A DNA stretch of 64,000 bases from Octopus vulgaris (Eukaryota): positions 80,104,001-80,168,000 of the forward strand of contig OX597827.1 in the NCBI GenBank assembly GCA_951406725.2, given 5' to 3'. This document shows positions 1 to 11,492 of the stretch, in pieces (the stretch's first letter is position 1; each line of letters opens with the position of its first letter). The notes under the pieces are model-generated. The model did no database searches, was not told the origin of the DNA, and worked only from the letters and a program-made list of their open reading frames with translations. The translations under genes and the position numbers were made by a program.

Positions 1-1144
1 CAGTGAATAAGATTATAGTCAGTTAGTTAAACTAAAATATAAAATTAAAACAACAATAATAATTAAAATAATTTACATTGAGATGATATCTTAATTAGAT
101 TGGAATTGTTAAATAAAATACAGTTCATTTAGTGACTTCTCTGGTTCACAAGCTGATCAAATTAGATGAATGTATAACTGTGCTTGAAGGCTAAGTTTAT
201 TAAAAAACTTCTAAAATTCCTTTTATATTATACTGCTTCATATAATTTGATAGTTTCAAGAATATACTTTCAATTTCAGTTAGACATGTTGACATAAATA
301 TTTCAGTACAAGATTAGTGGAGATATTAAAACAGACAGTGATGTGTATATTTAAAAGAAATGTGTTCACTATCTAAACATAAAGATTTGGAAATACAGAT
401 AATCAGAATGTGGAGATTGAAAACAGAAACAATCCCCATAATAACAGGTAGTTTGGAAAGGGTTAAAAAGTTGTGGACAAATTCATAATCAATATCTTAG
501 TAATTAGACAAGCACAAACATACAGACAACAGCACTACCAAACACTGCACATGCTTGGACTTATATTGTCTTTTTCTTTTTTAATATTATAGTTAGGAGG
601 AAAGGCAGTGTCGAGATGACATGTTAGTGGGCCTCTGCTATTGCTGGGAGGGAGGGAGGAAGATAGTCTCACAGCTGGCTCCTGACCTAAATGCTTGCAA
701 CAAAGTAGGCTTTGCTAAAGGCACCTAAGATGCCAAGTGGTAGAGCTAAATAGGGTGAGGGGTTACGTCTATCACCCAAGCAGACTATAGTACAAACTGA
801 ACTCAGAAAGCAAAGAGCCAGAACAAATAGCAGAGGACTTATGGTCCAACATTCTTACAGTTCGGCCAATCCATTGCCTTGAATCAGTATTTTTTAATGA
901 CCTTAAAAGGATGGAAAACAAAGGTGACCTTGGCAGGCTTTGACATCAGAGGGCAGAGAGTCAACTGATACCACAAACCATTTGGTTTGACACTGTAATG
1001 GCTCTGCCAATTCACCACCTAATTATACAACTTGTAAAACATTGCATGTAGTCAAAACACATGATGCTGTGTTCAATTATGCAATGATAGCACAAAATGA
1101 CAATAAAAAATCATGGAATGATAATTCTAACAATATTAATACAT

Positions 1145-1302
1145 ACACTCGCGGAGTGGTTGGCGTTAGGAAGGGCATCCGGCCGTAGAAACACTGCCAG
1201 ATCAGACTGGGCCTGATGCAGCCTTTTGGCTTCACAGACCCCAGTTGAACCGTCTAACCCATGCTAGCATGGAAAACGGACGCTAAATGATGATGATGAT
1301 GA
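1145..1302 (+). mobile_element. 3' tail fragment of RTE-type LINE/SINE ending in (GAT)n
   Basis: Matches the 3' end of the RTE fragment at 12190-12353 (ggcattaggaagggcatccagctgtagaaa...ccagatcaga...aaacgatgatgat); boundaries approximate. Confidence 0.7.
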
Positions 1303-2568
1303 TTAATAATAAGGATAATTTTCACTTACGGTACAAGAGAAGTGGATAGTGTTAATAATATTTACCTCAGTAGTTTGTAATTCATAAATCTAACTAATAA
1401 TATACACTGCTAGCTGAGCTGTCCAGGGGCTGTCTTAGCAGATGGAAAGATATCAGTGATTACTGGGGTACCATTGTTGAATTCTGTCACAGTGTTACAG
1501 CTGACTGGGTGAATAACCAGATGACTTAGCTGCTGAAAGATCCGAAGGCTTTACTGGCTTATCCCAAACAGTATCACAGTTGAGTTACTAGATGGAAGAT
1601 CTAATTGGTCATCTATCAACAGACTCTACTGGTTTACCACTGTTGTTACACCTAACTGAATTAATAGAGGGATACTAAGCTGATGAAGGGTCAATAAACT
1701 CTACTATGTCACAAACAATAGCAGAACTGACTGAGTTAATAGCAAGTTGACCAAACTGATAAAAAATTCATGTGTCAACATTACGGAATTCTGACGTGAC
1801 TAAAGACAATTAATTAAGCCTTGCTCAAGCCATCCATTTAATTGTAGGTCTTGTAGGGTGTGAATGCCTCTTTCCAATACCAACAAAGAAGGAGCCAGAT
1901 TGACAATACAAGGTGAGGAAACAAAATAATACATCTTGTTCAATTAACTGTTCCACATGAAAGCAATGCAGATGCAACTCAGGTTAGGAAAGATGGGTGA
2001 CATGAGATGCTGCACGAAGACTGTATAGCTGCTGGTTGGAGAGTAATAAGACCTCTTTATAGAAGTTGGATGTAGAAGTTTTATTGGAACCAAACTGAGA
2101 CAGTGGATGCTATCAATTGGTGTCAAAACTATGCAAGCAAATGTCATCTTGAAAGAGATCTAGTGGAGAGAGAGCCAGAGATTGAGTATAGCTGAAGGAA
2201 TGATGAAGCTTGGCTGGAGAAGTGATGACCCTGAAATGGACCCAAGGTTGAATACAAGTCAGTCAAACCAGGAGGTGAAGCCTCACATCAGGAAAGCTGG
2301 AGGCAGAAGAGGCAGTGCACTGTAAAGCTGTCAAGTGGAAGGCATCAAAACAGTTCACACTCTCTTCTGATGACCCCTAAAACCTTCTGGCATCCAGTAC
2401 ATGGAGTCTTTGACTGACTGCATTTGCATAAGAAAGCTGTTTCCAAGTTTCTATAAAGAAATGTATGATAAATGAATGCTTGGTGTTTAGTCTGCAAGCA
2501 ACTTTGAACTCAAGTAATTGTATGTATATGAAAGGCAACAAGAACTTATCCTACCTAAAATATGGATA

Positions 2569-2872
2569 GTGGAAGCACATGGCCTAGTGGTTAGAGAAGC
2601 GGACTCGCGGTCGAGGAATCGCAGGTTTGAATCTCAGACCAGGCAATGTGTGTGTTTATGAGCGAAACACCTAAGCTCCATGCGGCTCTGGCAGAAGGTA
2701 ATGGCGAACTTCTGCTGACTCTTTCATCACAACTTTCTCTTACTCTTTTCCCCCTGCATCTTACAGCTCACCTGCAACGGACCAGCATCCTGTCCAGGTG
2801 GGGAACCTATACGCCAAGGAAACCGGGAGATCCGGCCCTTATGAGCCAGGCATGGCTTGAGAAGGAACAAAC
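2569..2872 (+). mobile_element. tRNA-derived SINE with 12-bp target-site duplication
   Basis: Pol III A-box-like TGGCCTAGTGG and B-box-like GGTTTGAATC, A-rich tail, direct repeat AAAATATGGATA at 2557-2568 and 2873-2884. Confidence 0.8.
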
Positions 2873-3014
2873 AAAATATGGATATCTATTTGACCACAGC
2901 CAAGAGTGGAATGATGACCTATCAATGAATACTTCTGAATTTAAGCAAGTAAATTGATGATCAATGATAATTAATTAATCAATTATAAAATATTGAAGAA
3001 GATAGTTATCCTAC

Positions 3015-3168
3015 CTGACATTGCTGGTATTTCTTCATACTGTCTACTTGACCGCTCACTCCAGCACTGTCCACTGCTCTTACGACTGGTCAGTGTATCA
3101 GTGGGATAGTGAGAAGATGGTCTGTTGTCTCCATAAGATGTCACTTCAATCGGTTGACTGTATTTCTG
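3015..3168 (-). CDS. Pcdh1 exon E3 (154 nt, cytoplasmic QKYSQPIEV...QYEEIPAMS/G)
   Basis: Acceptor ttttacag|cag, donor CAG|gtagga; phase 0 start matches the E2 donor; near-identical in all seven units. Confidence 0.88.
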
Positions 3169-4093
3169 CTGTAAAATACAATAGTAACAACACATACTGT
3201 AAAGATATCATTTAGGATTAACAGTGCTATATCTGATATTGAATAATTTAGCCTAGTTCTGTATTAAGAAAAGATAAAACATTAGGTTTATAAGCCCTAA
3301 AATTCACTCTATAATTACGTACAGACATATAGCATAGTGGATAAGAGTGCAGGCTACTAACCCTCAGATTCTAAGTTCAATCCCAGACATTGTGTTGGCA
3401 TGTGTAGTATTACTAGTATATCTGTAGTTATCCATGTCATTCATTTTACACAAAATGTTTTACGATGCTTGCAGTCTATTCATTTACATAGAAATATGTG
3501 GAAGACGAGATAATAAATGCTTAAATATTCAAGCATGATTCACAATCTATATTGTTTATCTCTCCATTGTAATCAGATGTATGTAAGCAATATACATTCA
3601 TCATATTATGGCAGTAAAATATGAACAAATGGTTTTTATCTAAACAGCACAAAGTTATTGGGTTTTAACTACATGTATCTGGTGGTTAAGTCAATATTCC
3701 AAAACCTGCCATATAAAGGTTATAAATACTATGTAAAGTTTATGTTACTTGATAAAATTTAAAATATTAAAAAGTTGTAAAGAAGGAACAGTACATTTGC
3801 ATATAATTATCTAAAGTACAATTGTGATGACTAATTTGAAATTTTAAAATATATAAATATCATCATGGTGTTTATGTTTTAATTATCTCAAATGGGGTTA
3901 GCTGAAAGAACACAAAAAATGTCCGAGTAATTAAAAATAAATTCTATAACAATGAGAATACTGATACAAAATACAAGAAAATCATACATTCATACTTTTT
4001 GGTAAACTTCTGCTCATTGTCAATGCTTTTAAGTCATATAATTATTGAACAAACATTCACTGTTAACAAATAGTCAATCCAAGTAAAGCTTAC

Positions 4094-6451
4094 CTTTGTA
4101 GACTTCTGGAGACTTCTGCTCATTGTCGATGTCTTCCAGTCTTCAGGATAGTAATGGCTCCTCGAATGACCGTATCTATCTGACATCTCTCCTCGATTAC
4201 CTGACATCACAGGTACACTGTTGTTACCTTGATAGATCAACTGTCTCATCTCATTGCGACATTGGTATGCCTGTTTCTCTTCTGCTGTTCTTTCAGATGA
4301 GCTATTTCTCACATTGTTACATCTCACAATACACAGGGTTATAGAAACCACAATAGCTATAGATACTATCACAGCTGCTACTACAATGATAATCAACAAT
4401 GTCGCATCTATTGTGTTATCACTTGGTAGGTGCACAGCTGTGAACATTGGTGACGTCTTGTTACTAACAGTCAGTGTCAAAGACACACTAGTTGTTGCTG
4501 ACAGAACTGGAGTACCACTGTCTTTCACAACAAACTCAAGCTCATATGATCCGGCATCATTTTGGTAAACTGTGCGAGAGTAAGATAACACACCAGTGAA
4601 CGAATCCAGTTTAAATAACTGTCTCTCGTTACCTGAAACGATTTCATACCTGAGAAAAGCATTCATGTGACTGTCTATATCAGATGCTTTCAGAACTGTG
4701 ATGTCGTTCTTACTTTGCGGATGATAGTGGACATTAAGAGTGAAAGGGTCAACACTAGGAAATGTAAAATATGGAGCATTATCATTTCTATCCAATACTT
4801 CCACTTCAACATTCACTGTGTTATTCAGAGATGGGCTTCCATTGTCTTTCACAAAAACCTCAAACTCATAGAAATCTCTGTGTTCTCTGTCTAAAGACTG
4901 GTTTGTTGAAATAAAGCCAGAGTTGATAATCTGGAATGGCAGACGATATTGCTGTTTATTTCTCAGAGAATAAGACAATTCACCTCCCTTACCAATATCT
5001 GGGTCTGTAGCATTGATAAAGCCAATAGGGAAATTAGCTTTGTCATTCTCATAGGTAAGGAACTTGAATGTGTCTTTCGTAAAGTGTGGTTCTACATCAT
5101 TCACATCCAACACTTGGATTGACAGATCTTTATCAGTTTTCAGAGCAGGTAATCCTTTATCTTCACACGACACAGTAAAGTGATAATGTTCCTGTGTCTC
5201 TCTGTCTACTGCTTTCTTTAGAACTATTTTATATTCCTTCGATCCCATTGACTGTAGTTTGAATGTGTCGTCTTTGATATGACAGTTCACCTGTCCATTG
5301 TGTCCAACATCATTGTCAGTGACCATCACATAAGCAATGAAACTACCAACTTTGATGTCTTCCAGAATGGTAGCTGTGTTGTGATTCTGTGTAGAAATAA
5401 AGTTCACATCAATATTTGGGGGATTGTTGTGTTCATTGATAACATTTACCAAAACAGTGGCTATGGAACTCAGAGGAGATGCGCCATCATCTCTGGCTTC
5501 AATGTATAATTTAAAAGACTCATCCTTATCAATTTTTGAAGATGTAGCCAAATATAATTTCCCAGTATTTTCATCTAAATTGAAGTTCCTCTTCACTTTC
5601 TCAGTAGTTTTCCTGGCAAAGTAATATGATATTTTACCATTCCTGCCAATGTCTAAATCAGTGGCAGATAATGTGACTACTGGAATGTTCTTTTTATGTT
5701 TATGTTCAATAGAGACATTGTAAATACTTTGAGAAAACAGAGGTGTATTATCATTTTCATCTTTTACAGATATTTTAACATTTAAAACAGATTCTTTTGG
5801 TGGAGTTCCCCCATCTTTAGCAATGACTTCAATATTGTAACTGTCCTTCTTTTCTCTGTCTAATTTCTCTTCTAAAATGATTCGTAATGTTGATATTTCA
5901 TCAGTCTGTTTCGCAACTGATAAAGAAAAATGTCCATTATTCTTTTTCAATTCATAAGTAATTAAGCTGTTTTCTGGACTCATATCCTTGTCAATGGCAT
6001 TAGGTATGTGTTTCTTCATACCTTTACCATCACCTTCCTCAAATTGCAAAGTGATTTCTTTCTGAGGAAACTCAGGTTGGTGGTCATTGATGTCTTCTAT
6101 TATGACTTTAATCTTTAAGATCTTCATAAATGTCTTGGATTTGTGAACAGCAACTTTAACGATTTCAAAACATTCTTTCTCATAACTACACACAGACTCA
6201 GCATCCAATGTCTCAACAGTGTACAGTTTACCTGTTCTCGTCACATTGAACAACTGTTCTCCCTTTTGTTGCAGTTGACTAAATGTAATCAAATCCTTAT
6301 TCTTTAAGAAGGAGCTGTCTGATTTCTGTAGGTCAGTAGCAATGTCCCCTATATAGGTATAGGGACCATTCTCTTCTTTAACATGGTATGTGATATCTTC
6401 ACTTAGACAACAGTGGAAGAAAGTCAATAAAAGACACAGGTGTAACAACAT
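4094..6451 (-). CDS. Protocadherin Pcdh1 large exon E2 (signal peptide, EC1-EC6, TM, proximal tail; 786 codons)
   Basis: Cadherin motifs (LDRE, DxNDNxPxF, AxDxG), EC1 C-x5-C motif CSYEKEC, TM LLIIIVVAAVIVSIAIVVSITLCIV; donor AAG|gtaagc after 4094; acceptor tttcag| places the exon start at 6507. Confidence 0.95.
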
Positions 6452-7029
6452 CTCTGGGCTTGATTTTAATACAGTATCCAGGTTGGAGATGGCTTCAAAT
6501 ATTCAGTCTGAAATAGAAATTAATACTGTCTTTAATTATTGAGCTTAAATACATTATTTCATTTGCTTAAATACATTAATATTTTTAAACTAATGAACTG
6601 ATGATCAACCATTCCAATCATTACTTACAAAGAACCCATTTTTTGGCAGTCTAAAGAAATGGTTCAATCTTGTATATATGTCTTTGCTTTCATCAAATTC
6701 ATTCTAATAGAAAATTCATTTGTGTAAATAATGTTAGAAACTAGCAATTCCCTTGGACGATGCTGGTTTCTTTTACATTTACCAGTTTAACGAATTAGTA
6801 ATCTGTATTGTGTTATATGGGACAAAAATAGATTTTAGTGAGGTTCATTATAATTTTTGTACAGATTATATTATTCAAGTTCATGTATCTTGTACAAAAA
6901 AAGACAAATTCAAAAGGGACATTTGAACTCTGTGCTGTTGTTAGAGCAGTCATGTTTGGTAGCCAGTTTTGCCTTCAAATAATTCTCTACTTCCTATGCA
7001 TGCATGTGTGTGTGTGTGTGTGTGTAAGC

Positions 7030-7180
7030 AGCTAATTGGCATCATTGCTAACATGTTGGATAGTGCTTTGCAGTAATCAGTCTAGCTCAGTGTGTTCAGA
7101 GTTCAAATACTGCCATGGTCAACTTTGTCTTTCATCCTTTTGGGGTTGATAAATGATGCACCAGTGCTGCACTGGAGTTG
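7030..7180 (+). mobile_element. Degenerate tRNA-derived SINE
   Basis: gagttcaaatactgcc...actttgtctttcatccttttggggttgataaa resembles the reverse complement of the SINE at 16825-17032; boundaries approximate. Confidence 0.55.
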
Positions 7181-7750
7181 GTTCTCCTCTTTTTCTAACT
7201 CTTTCTTTCTCTCTACCTTTTTCTCTCCCTTTGGAAGAAACTGACTGTACAAATAGACAGTAAACTGAGTTGATCCTGAATTAGTTCCCAAAGTAATCCT
7301 ACGACAAGCATTGATTCAAAGGAAGCATTTTCTATTTCTGATATATTTTTTAAGTTGGTGCAGCAAAAGAGAATCCTTTTATTATAAAAAAACTGTGACG
7401 ATACCTGTACAAAATAATAACTGATATAAACGTAGGTCGTCAGTTGGTTGATTCCTCTTGTTACTCTTTACATTGTATTGAGCAAGAGGTAGACAGAGTA
7501 AAAGAGAGATGCAGAGAGGTGATATAAGAGAGGCAAGATCATAGCACGTACAAGGATTGGTGGCAGGCAATGATAACTGTCAGACAAATAAATATTTTTC
7601 ATTGAAACTTTGCAGAGATAGGTTTTGGATTGATTAGAATTTGATTATGTCAATGAAATTTAGAATAATTATAGCATATGTTTATTGCAAATATGCAAAT
7701 GAGAAATTTGCTTTATTTAATTTTATTGAAGATAATAAATATATTTCCTT

Positions 7751-8047
7751 TCATCATCATCATCATCGTTTAATGTCCGCTTTCCATGCTGGCATGGGTT
7801 GAACGGTTGACTGAGGACTGGTGAGCCTGAGGACTGGTGAGCCAGATGGCTGCACCAGGCTCCAATCTGATCTGACAGAGCTTCTACAACTAGATGTCCT
7901 TCCTAATGCCAACCACTCTGAGAGTATAGTGTGTGCTTTTACGTGCCACCGGCACGATGGCCAGTCAAGCGGTACTGGCAACAGCCACACTCAAATGGTG
8001 TTTTTTATGTGCCACCTGCACAGGAGCCAGTCCAGTGGCACTAAGCA
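7751..8047 (-). mobile_element. 3' fragment of RTE-type LINE/SINE
   Basis: Begins (CAT)n cgtttaatgtccgctttccatgctggcatgggtt, the reverse complement of the tail at 12100-12353. Confidence 0.7.
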
Positions 8048-9840
8048 CCAAGATATTCGATAGAAGTTAAATTATAATTATTTAATGTAAGCCATATTTC
8101 CTGATATTACCAATGATGGCAAAAGTATATTTCGAGAGCATGAAATAACAGATAACACTCGTCTTTGAATAAATTCCAATAACTTCAAATGAATATAAGT
8201 GATCCTGACAACAGAAATGCAAGATTATCTCTGTAGTAAACATTATGTATTTTCACATTTACTGAAAGACAGAGGACATCAATACGTTTTGATTACATCC
8301 CATGGCGAAGACATCAGGAGGAAGACACCAAACTAATTTTCAACAAAGCCAAGTTATTTCACACATATTTCAATATCTGGGACAATAATAACACTACACC
8401 ATTAACTGTCAATATTTTATCATTAATGATAACAATACTGTAACAATACTGTAACATTATTACCTGTGAAACTAGACGAAAGAACATCCAGAACATTTTA
8501 CTAATGCTTCATTTTATGATAAATAGTAATTACACAGTATTTATTGATTTATGACCATGCACACACACAGTCGTACAGGTGATACCTGCCAATTAAAATA
8601 ATCTTAATTAAGAGACAGAGTCAAAAGAGGGTCAGTGTATAATAGTGACCCAGTAAGATGTTTCTACAACACTTCAACTACAGTTTATTTCCTGATAGAG
8701 ATCAAATGTAAGATACTGAAGCAACATTCTCTCCCACAGATAACAAAGCAAGAATGGATTCACATCTCAGATTCTGCATGTAACAAAATGATAATGATGA
8801 CACAAATTTCCAACACACAGACGTAAGTGATAAGACATTACATATTTAAAAATTAAAAACATTTGCAATTTTAGAATTAATTCTTTAGAATGTACTAATT
8901 CATACATCATAAATATATTCTCCTTAGAATAATTCTTAATTTTAATCATGATGAAGGAAACTTCAGCAAGATGGTTCTGAGTTTTAAGCAGGTCAATAAA
9001 ATAACAATCATCAATATGTTGTTATATAAGTAGAAAGGCAGGGATTCATTTATCAATAATTGCAATGTTAGAAAATCTGACAGTTCCAGAGTAATATTGC
9101 ATGGACCCAAATTTTATCAGAACCAATGAAGATTGCAAAATTATTATGAATTAATGAATCAATACTAAAATTAAAATACAACAGACATATTTCACCTATC
9201 AAATATTGATGACTAATTCCAAATATATCTTAAACATAAATATATTACATCTAAAAAAATATTTTAAAAACAAAACCAGTTAGCTAATATATTCAAGATG
9301 AGTGGTATTTTTCAATTATGCTTTAAACCAGAATAGAAAAAGGGCTTATGTTATCACTCGGGAAAAATAAACACACTCAAACACAAATGAGATAAAGATA
9401 TCTTGCAAAATATATCTATATCTGTAGTTAACATGATTATTTCTAGCATTTATATTCTCAAAGGTGAGGTTTATTCTAAAGTCTATCATTTAAGTAATTC
9501 TTGAATGAACTTCACTGACCAAAGACTAAATGATTTATTTGAAACAAAAACAAAAAAAATTCGGCAGAAAATAATTCTTTATAAGTAAAACAGAAATAAG
9601 GGAATTGCTATACACATATCCAAAATATTAAAATATCAAGTACAGAAAAAATTACTGGAATTATATTCTGTACAAGCTTTCAATTTCTTTAATTATCAAT
9701 AAATACAAAAGACAAACGAAGCCTCAACCAGATCTAATATGGCCACCATTACAATATAACATTTTGGTGTCAGAATACAGTCATAAATGAAATCATTGTT
9801 TCACATAATTTGAATAAATAATATGGAATAACAAACTTAC

Positions 9841-10328
9841 CTTCATTGTGTGTAAAATCCTTTGTTATATAAACTGTGACTTGGTCCCAATGTTCTGTTG
9901 TTAATGGTTGTCTGTGTCACTGCTGCTATGGTGTGACAATGGCTTCATGTTGATGGAATAGTGTTGGTGGTGAGTCAGTGGGAACCAGCAGTTCCCTCTC
10001 AGTCTTCCTTTGTGGATGTGTGGTGTTTAGTGTGTGTGTGTGAGTGTGTGTGAAAGGGAGGAGGAGGAGTAGGATGGGTGATGCTTACTACAGCCTCTCT
10101 CAGACTTGATGTTGCCTCTCACACACAAAGACAGAGTAGTGAGAGAACACACACTATCAGCTCCACTAACAGTCAGCCATGATAAGTCTATATAACACCA
10201 ACATGTCTGATGTGGAGAGAGACTGACATAGAAATCCTTAGAACAGAGAGGTTATATTAACAAAATATGGCTGATGTTGTTAATGTGTGGGTAATTTAAA
10301 ATGTAAATACAATATTGACAATAATAGT
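9841..10328 (-). promoter_or_regulatory. Conserved leader exon E1 / putative promoter block of Pcdh1
   Basis: ~490-bp block near-identical in six units, ending in a perfect donor AAG|gtaagt at 9841; contains (CA)n, a TTATATAG TATA-like element and TGAGTCA; TSS cannot be determined from sequence. Confidence 0.7.
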
Positions 10329-10782
10329 TTGTGAGTGTCTGACCTAATTCAAAACAGAGTCTCATATAAGGATATCTATGGGAAATTTAAAGAGACATCT
10401 CAACTAAACAGAATATATTCTCTGAAATATTAATTACTTATCATTTATTTATTTTTTTCTTATAATTTAAATCACATTTTCAAGTATAAACTGAATTTCC
10501 CAGGCATAATGTCTACTTCTGCACAATATTTCACTTAATGATTGTTCATTTAACTATGAAATGTTACCAATGGATTCTTCATATCTGAAGCTGTTAGTTT
10601 CTTGTTCATCTGGAGTAATATTCCCAAGATATACACAAAATATATTCTCTCAAACATATTTGAAGATATTCAGTCATATGTGGGCAATATCATTATCTAA
10701 CTAAAATATTTCTGTTGTTTTTAAATGTTGTGTGAATGTTGAAGGTGATATTATTTCTGTTGTGTTCCTTTCTCAGCCTCAC

Positions 10783-10904
10783 TTAACTGACAACAACATC
10801 TGGTGTTGAAGGTAACTGTCTCTCTGGAGGTTTCACATATCTGTCTTGGTAATGGTCTCTCTCACTGGTGCCTGATACATCGGGTGGGGCACCACCATAG
10901 ATTC
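10783..10904 (-). CDS. Pcdh2 terminal exon E4 (G/IYGGAPPDVS...RQLPSTPDVVVS*)
   Basis: Acceptor gtttcag|GA completes the phase-1 Gly codon from E3; TAA at 10785-10783; six near-identical copies. Confidence 0.85.
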
Positions 10905-11492
10905 CTGAAACACACATACATACATCAAGTAAACTCATTACACAGGTCATACGGTCAATGGGTATTTACTGTCATTAGTAATCAATGTTTTGTCCACAAC
11001 ATTCAATGGACTAAAATGAAGAACAACATCAATAATTAAAGATGTCACATTGAAATCGTGTCTCAGTATCCTACATCAGAGAACATTACAAACCCCAATC
11101 ATACAACTGATATGATAATTTAGACTCAAATGGTTAAATTAAAATCAGCCTATTAAATAACTGCTTTTGCTTACATATTGTTGAAGTTTCCAACCTTGGT
11201 AACAATAATGGGTTGTTCTTAAAACCACATGCTCTCTCACATGTGCTATCTGTTTCCTTAATGAACCTAAGCTAATGAATATTTCATTCAATTACCCTAA
11301 AATTACACAATTAATATATATGTGGATGGACATAATCTTTCATTTTTAGTCACTAGAAGTTACAAAGTGATTCAAAGGCCAAGAGTTTCGAGGATGACAC
11401 TTGATAAGTGTAATGCAAAAAACTCTAAGACTGATTCAGTTACTTTGCAACTTCTTACAATTAAATATATATATATATATATATATACACAT

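Noticed and set aside
2569-2645. Possible tRNA gene
   Set aside because: The tRNA-like head continues into a SINE body with A-rich tail and TSD; no complete cloverleaf seen
3021-3215. Plus-strand ORF MLVFLHTV... repeated in most units
   Set aside because: Antisense to exon E3; splice signals support only the minus strand
4034-4093. ORF-track ends of the large ORFs as true C-termini
   Set aside because: Similarity stops at a conserved GT donor after codon 786, so the extensions are intronic
4123-5624. Recurrent plus-strand ORFs (e.g. 4254-4568 MRHWYAC..., repeated in every unit)
   Set aside because: Antisense shadows of the homogenised protocadherin exon; their conservation is explained by the sense gene
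8090-8300. Possible further Helitron remnant (AIFPDITND...) in Pcdh1 intron 1
   Set aside because: Similarity too weak to support by eye
9979-10000. CTCF site in the leader block (CCAGCAG core)
   Set aside because: Only the first half matches; the G-rich second half is replaced by TTCCC
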